From a virus: a stretch of 64,000 bases of DNA. A program made the position numbers and the translations under genes. The stretch spans positions 1 through 64,000 of the IMG/VR virus record IMGVR_UViG_3300035183_000096, one strand, 5' to 3'. Shown here piece after piece: positions 40,429 through 50,609 of this stretch. The notes below the pieces were generated by a model. The model was not told the DNA's origin, searched no databases, and saw only the letters and a program-made list of their open reading frames with translations. Each line of letters begins with the position of its first letter. Position 1 is the first letter of the stretch.

Positions 40429-41554
40429 ACTAGACCAAGATACTTTGAAGGCTATCAATGATGCTGTATGCTTGAAGATTGATGGCCTTCTTAGTGTTTT
40501 GGGTTTAGAATTTAATAAGCGTGGTAGATATTATATTGGAACATGCCCAATACATATGGGAGATAATACAACCGCCCTTAATCTTTATCCTGAAGGCTAT
40601 AAAATGAATGGATATTGGAGATGTAACACCAAGCATTGTGAAAAGCATTTTGCTCAAAACATCATAGGTTTTACTAGAGGGGTTCTGTCTAATCGTAGAT
40701 GTAGGTGGACGAGTTCAGGCGGACAGAAATACTCCTTTGTAAAGACTGTGCAATTTTTACTTGATTTTATAGGAGATGAGCTTAGTATAGATTATTCAGC
40801 TATAGACCGTAAAAGGTTTATTAGTGAAGTAGAAACTATAACTAAGACCGCAAGTGTACAGAGTAAAGGCATACATAGGCTGACTGTTAGAAAAGCGTTG
40901 AAAATACCAGCAGAGTATTATATCAAACGTGGATACAGCACAGATGTGCTTGATAGATATGATGTTGGCCTATGCGACAAGGAAGGTAAAGAGATGTTCA
41001 ATAGGATTGTCGTGCCAGTTTACGATAACAAACTTATGATGGTTGGATGTCAGGGTCGCTCTATTCATAAAGAGTGTCCAGAATGCGAGTATCATCATCC
41101 TAGTGGTTGGGCGTGCCCAGAAACAAGAGAAGAGAAGATTAATTGTGCAAAATGGAAAAATAGCAACAATTTCAACGTTGGTCAACATCTATATAACTTT
41201 TGGAACGCCAAACCTTTTATTGAGGACAGTAAAACGGTTATAGTTGTAGAGGGTCCAGGTGATGTATGGAGATTGGAGGAAGCTGGTATTCATAATTCTG
41301 TAGCCATGTTTGGTACAGCTTTTACCGAACAACAAGAAATACTACTTGAAACAAGTGGTGCTACCAGTATTATTATAATGACAGACAACGATGAGGCCGG
41401 GGAAGAGGCTGAAAAAAGAATAAGAAAAAAATGTCAACGTCTCTATAATCTATCAAGACCAAGGTTTGATAAACATGATGTTGGTGAAATGTCTATAACT
41501 GAAATAAGAAATGAGTTATTGCCCATATTTAAGGCGGCTGAACGGAGATTTTAG
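40406..41554 (+). CDS. dnaG: DNA primase (zinc-binding domain plus TOPRIM)
   Basis: CPIH..C..C, RIVVP, VVEGPGD, TDNDEAG. Confidence 0.9.
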   Translation: MTRLDLNKLDQDTLKAINDAVCLKIDGLLSVLGLEFNKRGRYYIGTCPIHMGDNTTALNLYPEGYKMNGYWRCNTKHCEKHFAQNIIGFTRGVLSNRRCRWTSSGGQKYSFVKTVQFLLDFIGDELSIDYSAIDRKRFISEVETITKTASVQSKGIHRLTVRKALKIPAEYYIKRGYSTDVLDRYDVGLCDKEGKEMFNRIVVPVYDNKLMMVGCQGRSIHKECPECEYHHPSGWACPETREEKINCAKWKNSNNFNVGQHLYNFWNAKPFIEDSKTVIVVEGPGDVWRLEEAGIHNSVAMFGTAFTEQQEILLETSGATSIIIMTDNDEAGEEAEKRIRKKCQRLYNLSRPRFDKHDVGEMSITEIRNELLPIFKAAERRF

Positions 41555-41555
41555 G

Positions 41556-42329
41556 ATGTCAAAAATTATCGCTTTTTCAGGAAAGAAACAGTCTGGTAAA
41601 AATACAATGGCTAATTATTTAGCTGGCGAAATCTTAGTGCAAAAAGGGGTCATAAGCAAATATGCTATATCTGATAAGGGTGAGTTGTTGGTTCCGGCCC
41701 AAACATCGTATGGAGTAGTGATGGGTAATCTGGATTTGCTTAGACAAGATTCATCTTTTGTTGATTATGCTAGTAAATTAGTCTGGCCTCATGTTAAACT
41801 ATATAGTTTCGCTGAGCCAATCAAAGAAATATGCATGGACCTGTTTGACTTCACTTTTGAGGATGTTTATGGTACAGATGCTCAAAAAGATTCTAAGAGC
41901 AAGTTAAAGTGGGAAAATATGCCTAATTATATGGAGATGAAAATATCTAATAAATCAAAGGCTCCGAAAGGTTTTATGACTAATCGTGAGGTTATGCAAC
42001 ATATAGGTACAGAAATATTTGGGCGTATGTATCCTGATGTATGGGCTAAACATTTAATAAAGCGAGTAAGAAGAGATAGTCCATCCGTAGCTATGATATG
42101 TGATTGTCGTTTCCATAATGAAGTAGCTGTAATACAAGATGCTGGTGGTAAGGTTGTCCGTCTTACTCGTAAAGTTTATGATGACAAACACCTGAGCGAA
42201 ACCTCTTTGGATAAAGATGTGTTTGATTGGTCTAAATTCGACTTGATAGTAGATAATGAAAACCAAACTAAGTTTCAGACCTATCAAGCTATTAAACCTA
42301 AACTTATTGAGTGGGGTATTCTTGCCTAA
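41556..42329 (+). CDS. deoxynucleoside monophosphate kinase
   Basis: FSGKKQSGK, SFAEPIK, REVMQHIGTE, DCRFHNE, HLSE. Confidence 0.85.
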   Translation: MSKIIAFSGKKQSGKNTMANYLAGEILVQKGVISKYAISDKGELLVPAQTSYGVVMGNLDLLRQDSSFVDYASKLVWPHVKLYSFAEPIKEICMDLFDFTFEDVYGTDAQKDSKSKLKWENMPNYMEMKISNKSKAPKGFMTNREVMQHIGTEIFGRMYPDVWAKHLIKRVRRDSPSVAMICDCRFHNEVAVIQDAGGKVVRLTRKVYDDKHLSETSLDKDVFDWSKFDLIVDNENQTKFQTYQAIKPKLIEWGILA

Positions 42330-43325
42330 ATGATTACAACCTATTTACGGTCCTCTAGTTATTCAGCTTATGATTTTTGCCCACATAAGTATTATTTACA
42401 ATATGTATTAGGGTTATTTGAGCCATCTAACAAGAAGGCAGATAAAGGTAATATAGTGCATAAAGCGCTAGAACTTTTAGCAAAAAGAAGAATAGCTGAG
42501 TTGAGAAATGAAGAAAGGGTAAGCGATATAGAAGTGTTTGGTGAAGATAGCATTCCTGCAAAAAGTATTAGTCCTGAATTTGCTTTAGAAAAAGCGTGGG
42601 CACACTGCACAAGTAAGTTTACTAATCATCAGTGGGAGATTGCTGACTTTAATTGGTGTGAGAAAGCTATCAATATAGTTTTAGATTTTAATAAAGGAAT
42701 GTTCTCGCCACTTAATATGAATGTGTTGGCTGCTGAACAAAGATTCGATTTTGAAATCATTAAACCTTGGTCGCATTATAAATGGGGCGATATTGAAGGA
42801 TACTTAGGTCTTAAGGGTACTATTGACCTTATAGTTCAACCTTACGAAAACGTAATAGAGATTGTGGATTGGAAAACCGGCCAACGTAAAGACTGGAATA
42901 CAAATGAAGAGAAGACAATAGTTAAATTAGAGGATGACCCGCAACTTCGCATTTATTACTATGCTGCTCGCCAGCTTTATCCAGATATTCAGGATGTTTT
43001 TATTACAATCTTCTATATAATGGACGGTGGACCTTTCTCTATATGCTTTAGTGGTAACGAGTTAGAAAGAACGGAAGAGATGATTAAAGAGCGATTCGAG
43101 AAAATCAAATCCACACAACGTCCTAAGCTCATCTATCCGGATTGGAAATGCACAAAGTTATGTCATTTTGGTAAGGTAAAGATTGGGCCAAATGAAGATG
43201 ATAAAACGATATGTATGCACCATAAAGATGAGATTATTCAATTAGGTATAGATAGAGCGACTAAAAAATATGCAGATATGAATAAACTAACTAAGTATGG
43301 TGCTGGAGGAGGCAAGTATGAATGA
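42330..43325 (+). CDS. PD-(D/E)XK exonuclease (RecB/Cas4-like)
   Basis: CPHKY, KGTIDL, IVDWKTG, QLRIY, KCTKLC. Confidence 0.85.
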   Translation: MITTYLRSSSYSAYDFCPHKYYLQYVLGLFEPSNKKADKGNIVHKALELLAKRRIAELRNEERVSDIEVFGEDSIPAKSISPEFALEKAWAHCTSKFTNHQWEIADFNWCEKAINIVLDFNKGMFSPLNMNVLAAEQRFDFEIIKPWSHYKWGDIEGYLGLKGTIDLIVQPYENVIEIVDWKTGQRKDWNTNEEKTIVKLEDDPQLRIYYYAARQLYPDIQDVFITIFYIMDGGPFSICFSGNELERTEEMIKERFEKIKSTQRPKLIYPDWKCTKLCHFGKVKIGPNEDDKTICMHHKDEIIQLGIDRATKKYADMNKLTKYGAGGGKYE

Positions 43326-43815
43326 AATTAAGATAAGTATAGATGAGTTAAGAGCATTATTGTTTCCGCCCGTAAAGATTAGAGTTCTACGAACAGCGGA
43401 AAACGCTAAAATTCCAGTGCGTGCGACATCCGGTAGTTCTGGTTATGATTTGTATGCTATTAAGCCAATTACTATTTATCCAGCACCAGGAAATCATCTC
43501 GTTATTCCGACCGGCCTAGAAGTAGCTATACCTTATGGATATGAATTACAAATTCGGGCAAAAAGCGGTTTAGCCGCAAAAGCCGCCTTGACAACGGCTA
43601 ATGGGATTGGTACAATAGATTCGGACTACCGTGGAAGTTTAGGTGTGATTATGATTAACCTTGGACAACATGAATATGAATTTAATGTAGGTGATAAGGT
43701 GGCTCAAGTAGTTTGTTGCAAGGTAGAGGAGATTGATTGGGAGGAGGTTAAGTCTAAAGATGAACTTGGAAACACATCAAGAGGCTCTGGAGGCTATGGT
43801 TCCACTGGTAAATGA
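43318..43815 (+). CDS. dut: trimeric dUTPase
   Basis: SGYDL, GTIDSDYRG, GDKVAQ, RGSGGYGSTG. Confidence 0.95.
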   Translation: MNEIKISIDELRALLFPPVKIRVLRTAENAKIPVRATSGSSGYDLYAIKPITIYPAPGNHLVIPTGLEVAIPYGYELQIRAKSGLAAKAALTTANGIGTIDSDYRGSLGVIMINLGQHEYEFNVGDKVAQVVCCKVEEIDWEEVKSKDELGNTSRGSGGYGSTGK

Positions 43816-44022
43816 GGAGTGAAAGAAAATCATGGATAACCAAGAACATACACCCATAGTTATGTCTCCACCTATAGATATGGCATATTTAAGGGCCGCA
43901 TCCCGCTTAATAGTTAAACAGCTTAATAGTGAAATCAATAAGCGTAGGAAGGCAGAACACGATAAGCGTAAAGCAAAGAGGAAGTTCGCTAGGGCTAGTC
44001 GCAAAAGAAACAGGAGAAAGTA

Positions 44023-45981
44023 ATGCCAGAATTTGTGCCTCTTCATGTACATGACCACTATTCTTTGCTTGACGGATTATCTAAGCCAGAACAGATTGCT
44101 AAGAGATGTCATAAATTAGGCTACAAGGCTTGTGCTATAACCAACCACGGTTCTATTAGCGGGGCGGTTGATTTTATTAAGGCTATGGAGAAAAAGACAA
44201 AAGAAGGCCAATCTATTAAATGGATATTGGGTAATGAGTTTTATCTTGCTGATAAGTCTCCAAGCATAAAAACAAAAGAAAATAGAAACAAGCATCATCT
44301 CTGTGTTCTTGCAAAGAATAAAGACGGCTGGAAATCTTTAGTTAAAGCTACCAGTGAGTCCAACAAACCTGATAACTTTTACTATCGCCCAAGACTGGAT
44401 TTAGATACACTGTCTAAGTTTACTGGTAATTTAATTGCCTTTAGCGGGCATCCAGGTTCTCAACTAGCTAATGTTCTATTCAAGAACCCTAAGATTGGCT
44501 ATAACGCTAAGACTACTACAGAAGCTAGAATGGTCCTTAAAGATAATTGGCGTGATGAAGCTATAGCTATAGCTGGCAAGCATCAAGATATTTTTGGCAA
44601 AGGCAACTTCTATATTGAGATACAGCTAGTTGATAAAACTAACTTACCATCTACCATAGTAATTGCTGAATGTCTAAGAGAGGTTTCAAGAATAACAGGT
44701 ATTCCATGTGTTGCTACACCAGACGCTCATTATCCATCCCGCAAGGATGCTGCTGACCAAAGGGTATTATTGGTTACAGCCTTACAAACAACATTAAGTT
44801 CGATTCATCATAAGATAGAGATAGAAGAAGAATTTGGGCTTGGTGGATTTTTCAAATCTAATAACTACCATATACCATCATTAGATGAGATGTTAGACTT
44901 GCATAGTGGATATGAACACGAAATACAAAATGCGGCAAACATTGCGGAGCAGTGTGAGACTTACAATTTAGCTGGTAAACCAAGCCTACCGCACTTTGAT
45001 TGTCCAAATGGTATGAATGAGGCGGAATATCTACGCCATCTATGTAGAGAAGGTTGGAAATATAAAATTGCACCTAAAATACCCAAGGACCAACAACAAG
45101 TATATGTTGATAGAATTAAGAAAGAAATGGAGGTTATTAACGGTGCTGGATTACCAGGATATTTTCTTATTGTTCAAGATTTTATTAAATACGCTAAAGA
45201 CCAAGGTTGGCTTGTTGGACCAGGAAGAGGTTCTGCTGCCGGATGCTTAATTTCTTACTTAATTGGTATTACAAGCATCGACCCTATTCCTTACGACCTA
45301 CTCTTTGAAAGATTTTATAACGCCGGTAGAAATACAGCTACTCACATTAGCTTTCCAGATATTGATTCTGACTTTCCAATAAGCAAAAGAGAAAGTGTAA
45401 TTGAGTATGTGATGAATAAGTATGGTAAAGAATATGTTTCTCAAATTGTCACTTTTGGTAGAATGCGGGGTCGTGGTGCAATCAAAGATGTGTTTAGGGC
45501 ACATGAAGCATGTAGCTTTGATACTATGAATAGGATAACAGAGTTTATTCCTGATGAGGCCAGGATTGCGGATGAACTTCAGGAAATGAAAGATGCCGGT
45601 GAAAATCCAAGTATTATCACATGGGCTTTGCGTAATAACTCAGACCAGCTTAAAGAATGGTGCTATCTTGACAAGGAAGGTAAATGTGATGGTCCTATGG
45701 CCCGTTTGTTTGAACAAGCTATTAGGTTGGAAGGAACCTTGCGTAACATGGGTAAACACGCGGCTGGCGTTGTAATTTCTACAGTTCCACTTGCCGAAGT
45801 CTGCCCTATGGTATATGATAATCATAGCAAGACGGTAAATGCCGGAATGGAATACGAAGGATTGGAATGGTTTGGCATACCAAAGTTTGATATTCTAGGC
45901 GTGGCATCTCTTGATAAAATCATGGGTGTCATTTCTATTCTTGAGAAAGGAAGTATTAGAGGAGAAAAAAATGCCAATTGA
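44023..45981 (+). CDS. dnaE: DNA polymerase III alpha, N-terminal half (PHP plus palm)
   Basis: LHVHDHYSLLDG, GPGRGSAAG, FERF, PDIDSDF, GKHAAGVVI, KFDILG then stop. Confidence 0.93.
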   Translation: MPEFVPLHVHDHYSLLDGLSKPEQIAKRCHKLGYKACAITNHGSISGAVDFIKAMEKKTKEGQSIKWILGNEFYLADKSPSIKTKENRNKHHLCVLAKNKDGWKSLVKATSESNKPDNFYYRPRLDLDTLSKFTGNLIAFSGHPGSQLANVLFKNPKIGYNAKTTTEARMVLKDNWRDEAIAIAGKHQDIFGKGNFYIEIQLVDKTNLPSTIVIAECLREVSRITGIPCVATPDAHYPSRKDAADQRVLLVTALQTTLSSIHHKIEIEEEFGLGGFFKSNNYHIPSLDEMLDLHSGYEHEIQNAANIAEQCETYNLAGKPSLPHFDCPNGMNEAEYLRHLCREGWKYKIAPKIPKDQQQVYVDRIKKEMEVINGAGLPGYFLIVQDFIKYAKDQGWLVGPGRGSAAGCLISYLIGITSIDPIPYDLLFERFYNAGRNTATHISFPDIDSDFPISKRESVIEYVMNKYGKEYVSQIVTFGRMRGRGAIKDVFRAHEACSFDTMNRITEFIPDEARIADELQEMKDAGENPSIITWALRNNSDQLKEWCYLDKEGKCDGPMARLFEQAIRLEGTLRNMGKHAAGVVISTVPLAEVCPMVYDNHSKTVNAGMEYEGLEWFGIPKFDILGVASLDKIMGVISILEKGSIRGEKNAN

Positions 45982-46531
45982 TTTTAACAGCATGAGTGCT
46001 TGTACTATTTGCCCTATAAGGAGTGGTTGTAAACAAGTTGTTGTTGGATTCGGTAATACAAACAGCAAGTTAGTTTTTGTGGGAGAGGCTCCTGGGGCCG
46101 ATGAAGATATTATCGGTAGGCCGTTTGTCGGTCGCGGCGGTCAACTACTAAGTAAATTGTTAAAAGAAGCGGGTATTGACCGTAAAGATGTCTATATTAC
46201 AAATGCTGTTAAGTGTCGCCCACCCAACAACAGAACACCAACCGCTAATGAATTATCACAATGTAAAAGGTGGTTATGGTATGAACTTAAGACCATACAA
46301 CCAAAAGCTGTTGTTACTCTTGGACGAACGCCTACTTTTCTTTTGCTTACTCTTAAACCAAATGATAGTATGAGTAAGCATGTCGGTTATCCACATACAG
46401 TAAACTATATGGCAGCTAAGATTTATCCTTGGTATCATCCAAGTTTCCTACTTAGGAAGGGTGGAAATTTTGATAAAAAAACAGTTGCCCTTTTTGAGGA
46501 GATTAAAAATGGGATTCTTTTGGAAAGATAA
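45971..46531 (+). CDS. family 4 uracil-DNA glycosylase
   Basis: CTICP..GEAPG..GRPFVG..TNAVKCRPPNNR..YHPS. Confidence 0.92.
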   Translation: MPIDFNSMSACTICPIRSGCKQVVVGFGNTNSKLVFVGEAPGADEDIIGRPFVGRGGQLLSKLLKEAGIDRKDVYITNAVKCRPPNNRTPTANELSQCKRWLWYELKTIQPKAVVTLGRTPTFLLLTLKPNDSMSKHVGYPHTVNYMAAKIYPWYHPSFLLRKGGNFDKKTVALFEEIKNGILLER

Positions 46532-46854
46532 AAAAGAAAATCGTGAGGCTGAAAAACTTGCATTATTACTTACTCGTTCGAGACAGAAGTATAAGCAATT
46601 AAAGCGTAATGCTTTAGCAGAAATACGCAAGTATCAAATTGCTAATGCCGAATTGGTTAAGGCTGTTACTACTCTTGTTGTTAAGGCTGGCGGCGAAGTC
46701 TTAGTCGAGAAGGATTTGCTTGATGCGGTAAAAGACTTGGATAGCAAATTTAGATTAGATATTATAGAGGTTAAGGATACTCCTGGTGACTTAAAGTTCC
46801 GCGTAGTTCAAGTTGGCCCAAACAATCCGGTTGAAGAATTTGAGGAAGAAAAGG

Positions 46855-47547
46855 ATGAGCAACAATAATATATTGGTGTTAGATTTTGAAACAGTTGGAT
46901 ACGCTCCTAAAGAGTCTATGAATCCTAATGTTTGTGACCCAGTACAAATTGCCGTCGTGCCTATTGATGGTAAGACTATGCAAGTAAAATATGATAAGTC
47001 TTTCTCTTCTATGATTAAGCCAAGTAAAAGTGTGGACCTTATAGATAAGGAAACCTTACAATGGCATTCAGAGAAGTTAAAAAAGTCTCCAGAGGAACTA
47101 AAAAAGGCCTGGAATGAAGCTCCGGTTTTAAGCGTTGTATGGAACTCTTTATTGTCTTATATAGACACGCATCGTACTAGTAAGACATCCTGGGGTTTGC
47201 CAATTCTGGCTGGACACAACATTAGAAGGTTTGATTGTATCATATTGGAACGCATACAACGAGAGCTTGGCCCGAAGGACAAGGCAATATTCCACGAACG
47301 TGAATTTATCGACACGATGAATTATTTATGGTTCTGGCTTGAAGATGATACTCGTGTAAAGTCGTATTCTCTTGATAATTTAAGAAAGTTTTTTGGAATG
47401 TCAGAAGATGGTGGGCATGAGGCTTTACAAGACTGTAAGGATTGTGCGGCTATATTTGCCAGATTTATGCGTCATCAACGCAATCAAGCTAAAAAGGTGA
47501 ATTTTGCCAATCAGTTTAAGGACTGGAAGGATAAGGGGCTAGAATGA
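46855..47547 (+). CDS. DEDDh 3'-5' exonuclease (epsilon-like)
   Basis: LDFET, GHNIRRFD, IDT, HEALQD. Confidence 0.88.
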   Translation: MSNNNILVLDFETVGYAPKESMNPNVCDPVQIAVVPIDGKTMQVKYDKSFSSMIKPSKSVDLIDKETLQWHSEKLKKSPEELKKAWNEAPVLSVVWNSLLSYIDTHRTSKTSWGLPILAGHNIRRFDCIILERIQRELGPKDKAIFHEREFIDTMNYLWFWLEDDTRVKSYSLDNLRKFFGMSEDGGHEALQDCKDCAAIFARFMRHQRNQAKKVNFANQFKDWKDKGLE

Positions 47548-49715
47548 AACTTTATACGATGGATTGCGGATGTCAGTTTGAGGTTATAGAGGATAGAGGG
47601 GTTAACAAGACCCCAAGAATTAAGATAAATGTAGCAACCATCTATGATGAACTAAGACTTGAATGCCCAAGAACCATATCCCTTTTAGCTAGTGGATTAA
47701 CAAAGGGGGTATTTCAACTAGAAAGCCAACTTGGTCGTAATTGGGTTAAGAAACTAAAACCTGAAAATCTTGAGCATATGGCGGCTCTTGTTGCATTGTT
47801 AAGGCCTGGTTGTATATCAGGTGATACTCTTATATCAGTTAAGATGTATGATGGAGATTGGAAGAAGTTTACTATTAAAGAACTTTATGAGAAATGGCGA
47901 CGTGGGCATCTCAATTCTGAACATGGTATTGTATCATTAGATGAATCAAGTTGCTTGTTATTTAATAATAGAATTAAAAATATAATATATAGTGGACAAA
48001 AAAGAGTGTACAAAGTCAATATCAAGAATAGGAAAGAGGAACGTGTTAATGATAAGTTTTATACTCTTGAATGTACATATGACCATAAACTACTAACATT
48101 TGACAGAGGATGGATTCCTTTGTCAAAATTAAGACTTGGGGATAGAATAGCGGTTATAAGCAAAAGTAAGTATGTAAAAAATTTCAGAGACTTGTATAAG
48201 TACGAGAATTATACACAATGGGCCGAGTATGATGGATGTATTGATATTGGTGTCAAGGATACATATGATATAACTGTAAATGGTCCAAATCATAACTTTA
48301 TTGCTGGAAATGTTGTTGTGCATAACTGCCTTGAAGCTAAAGACGAGAATGGCGTGTCGATGACAGAACACTATTGTCGTAGGAAAAACTTCCAAGAAGA
48401 AACGACCGTGTTTCATAAAGCCATTGAGCCTATCCTTGCTCCAACTTATCAGGTTTTAACTTATCAAGAACAGGCTATGATTATAGCGGCTCGTGTTGCC
48501 GGGTTCAATCTTATGCAAGCCGATAACCTTCGTAAAGCCATGGGCAAGAAGTTACCGGAAGAGATGGCTAAAGTGAAAGTTATGTTTGTTGAAGGAGCCG
48601 CTAAACTTGGAGCATTAACTACAGAGGAAGCCGCCGAAATCTTTAGTTGGATTGAGAAGGCTCAGCGTTATTCTTTTAATAAACCGCACGCTATATGTTA
48701 TGGTAAGATTGGTCTTGTGACCGCGTACTTAAAGTCTCACTTTCCTATAGAGTTCTTCACATCATGGCTTACTTATGCTATGTATAAACAAAATCCGCAT
48801 GATGAAGTTAAGGAACTTGTTGAAGACGCTAAATTATTTGATGTGACCGTATTACCACCCGAAATTACAAGAATGGATATAGATTTTGCAACAGACCAAG
48901 AAAGTAAGATTTGGTTTGGGCTTGGTAATATTAAGGGTGTAGGACAATCGCAGATAAGCAAATTGAAAGATGTGGTTAGTGCCGCTGAAAATAAGCTAGG
49001 ACGTAAATTTTCTGAAATGAAGTGGTTTGAGATTATGAGTCATATCTTGGATAATCTTAACAGTGCTGCTTCTGAAATATTTATACTATCAGGTGCTTTG
49101 TCCGGCGTAGTCTTTCTGCAAAGAAGACGTATGTTAGAGGAATGGAAGGCCTGGTCTTTGCTGACTGATAAAGAACGTGAATGGATTAAGGCTAGAGAGT
49201 TTAATGATTTAAGTGAGGCTTTAAGTGCTGTTGGTAGAACAAAGAAGGAAGGTGGGGGTGCAGCTAATTTTAAGAGAGTAGAAATTATACAAGGCACAAA
49301 GAAAATTTTGGATAATCCAGCTACGCCTCTAGTAGATGATTCTCGTTGGCTTGTCTGGCACGAAACTAATTTGCTTGGCATACCTTTAACTGCTAGCGTG
49401 TTAGATGGTAAGGATACAGAGTATGCTACAAATGCCACTTGCAAAGATGTACTTAATGGAAAGAAGGGTCCAATTACATTAGCCGCCGAAGTACGTTCTT
49501 GTAGAGAAATAAAGATTAAGAATGGCAAAAACATTGGTCGTAAGATGGCGTTTGTTAGTTTGGCTGACCCTACTTGCGTGATAGATAGTGTGGTTATGTG
49601 GTGTAACGAGTATGAAACACAAGGCGGATTACTTGTTGAGGGTAACACACTGATAGTCCACGGTGAAGCGGATAAAAAAGGAACTTTCGCTATACGAAAA
49701 GCGGTTCAAATTTGA
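47544..49715 (+). CDS. dnaE: DNA polymerase III alpha, C-terminal half (fingers, HhH, OB), intein-containing
   Basis: GVFQLES, LLRPG, YQEQAM, LRKAMGKK, YSFNKPHA, GLGNIKGVG, MAFVSL. Confidence 0.92.
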   Translation: MKLYTMDCGCQFEVIEDRGVNKTPRIKINVATIYDELRLECPRTISLLASGLTKGVFQLESQLGRNWVKKLKPENLEHMAALVALLRPGCISGDTLISVKMYDGDWKKFTIKELYEKWRRGHLNSEHGIVSLDESSCLLFNNRIKNIIYSGQKRVYKVNIKNRKEERVNDKFYTLECTYDHKLLTFDRGWIPLSKLRLGDRIAVISKSKYVKNFRDLYKYENYTQWAEYDGCIDIGVKDTYDITVNGPNHNFIAGNVVVHNCLEAKDENGVSMTEHYCRRKNFQEETTVFHKAIEPILAPTYQVLTYQEQAMIIAARVAGFNLMQADNLRKAMGKKLPEEMAKVKVMFVEGAAKLGALTTEEAAEIFSWIEKAQRYSFNKPHAICYGKIGLVTAYLKSHFPIEFFTSWLTYAMYKQNPHDEVKELVEDAKLFDVTVLPPEITRMDIDFATDQESKIWFGLGNIKGVGQSQISKLKDVVSAAENKLGRKFSEMKWFEIMSHILDNLNSAASEIFILSGALSGVVFLQRRRMLEEWKAWSLLTDKEREWIKAREFNDLSEALSAVGRTKKEGGGAANFKRVEIIQGTKKILDNPATPLVDDSRWLVWHETNLLGIPLTASVLDGKDTEYATNATCKDVLNGKKGPITLAAEVRSCREIKIKNGKNIGRKMAFVSLADPTCVIDSVVMWCNEYETQGGLLVEGNTLIVHGEADKKGTFAIRKAVQI
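47811..48326 (+). mobile_element. mini-intein (172 aa) in dnaE C-half
   Basis: Starts CISGDTLI, block B CTYDHKLLT, ends TYDITV..HNFIAGNVVVHN, +1 Cys; no LAGLIDADG motifs seen. Confidence 0.9.
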
Positions 49716-49722
49716 AATGTAC

Positions 49723-49752
49723 TTGACAAACTATCCGGATTGAGGGCATAAT
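49723..49752 (+). promoter_or_regulatory. sigma70 promoter for ssb
   Basis: TTGACA-18 nt-CATAAT. Confidence 0.6.
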
Positions 49753-49790
49753 TAACTAGGAAGTTTGAATAATAACTGAGGAGAATATAC

Positions 49791-50153
49791 ATGAACATAT
49801 GCATATTTGATGGAAGACTAGCACACGACCCAGAATTGACAAATCTAAGTAATGGTAATACTGTATGCAACTTTACGGTTATTGCTCGCAGTTCCAGACG
49901 CACTAAAAGCGGTGACATCATTAACGAATCCGCTTATCTTGATTGCGAAGCGTGGGATACTGCTGCTAAATTGATTGCTAGCACATATAAGAAGGGTGAT
50001 GCTATCCTTGTGAATGCTTCTGCTAAAACAGATAAATGGGATAGTAAGGTTGATGGTCAAAAAAGAAGTAAGATTAAGTTTAGGGTAAATAGTTTTCAAC
50101 CTATAAAGTATCTATCTAAGACTACAGATAAGGTTGATGAAGTTGTAATGTGA
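49791..50153 (+). CDS. ssb: single-stranded DNA-binding protein
   Basis: MNICIFDGRLAHDPEL..VCNFTV..DCEAW..KKGD. Confidence 0.9.
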   Translation: MNICIFDGRLAHDPELTNLSNGNTVCNFTVIARSSRRTKSGDIINESAYLDCEAWDTAAKLIASTYKKGDAILVNASAKTDKWDSKVDGQKRSKIKFRVNSFQPIKYLSKTTDKVDEVVM

Positions 50154-50609
50154 GTTGGATTATTAAAGGCTTACAGTACAACAACTGTGAGCCTTTTGTT
50201 AATCTGGAAGCTAAAACTCAATCACAACTCTTTATACATCCAGATTGGGGTAAATATGTATCCCATAAGGCTGAGAGAATTATCAGTAGGCACATACAGT
50301 TCCCAATAGTAGAATGTAAGCTAAAAATTAAGTATGAGGCATTTGATGTTGAATGGATTGGGTATAATGCTTCTAGCAAAGATAAATAGTATGAGTGGGA
50401 AGGAATTATTTGATTGTGAGGCAAGACCTTATCCTACGATAAAAGATGGTGGTAAAGAAGTACCTAAAATAATTTTCAAAGAAAACTATAGTTGTGTTAA
50501 TAAAAACCGAATGAAAGAAAGACTAGCTATATGGAGTATGAGTTCAGTAACACTAACAGGAAATTTACCACAAAACAATTGGCTTATGTGTTCTGAATAG
50601 GATGTAAAA

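Noticed and set aside
42330-43325. Cas4-like gene as a sign of a CRISPR-Cas system
   Set aside because: No repeat-spacer array or other cas genes seen; it sits in the replication block like ordinary phage exonucleases.
41556-43815. dNMP kinase/dUTPase/ThyX as evidence of a uracil- or hmU-substituted genome
   Set aside because: dUTPase, ThyX and UDG together favour normal thymine DNA, and no hydroxymethylase is visible.
45900-47600. Trans-splicing split intein joining the DnaE halves
   Set aside because: No intein N-terminal block at the end of the N-half and no HN-C/S/T block at the start of the C-half; the only intein is internal and complete.
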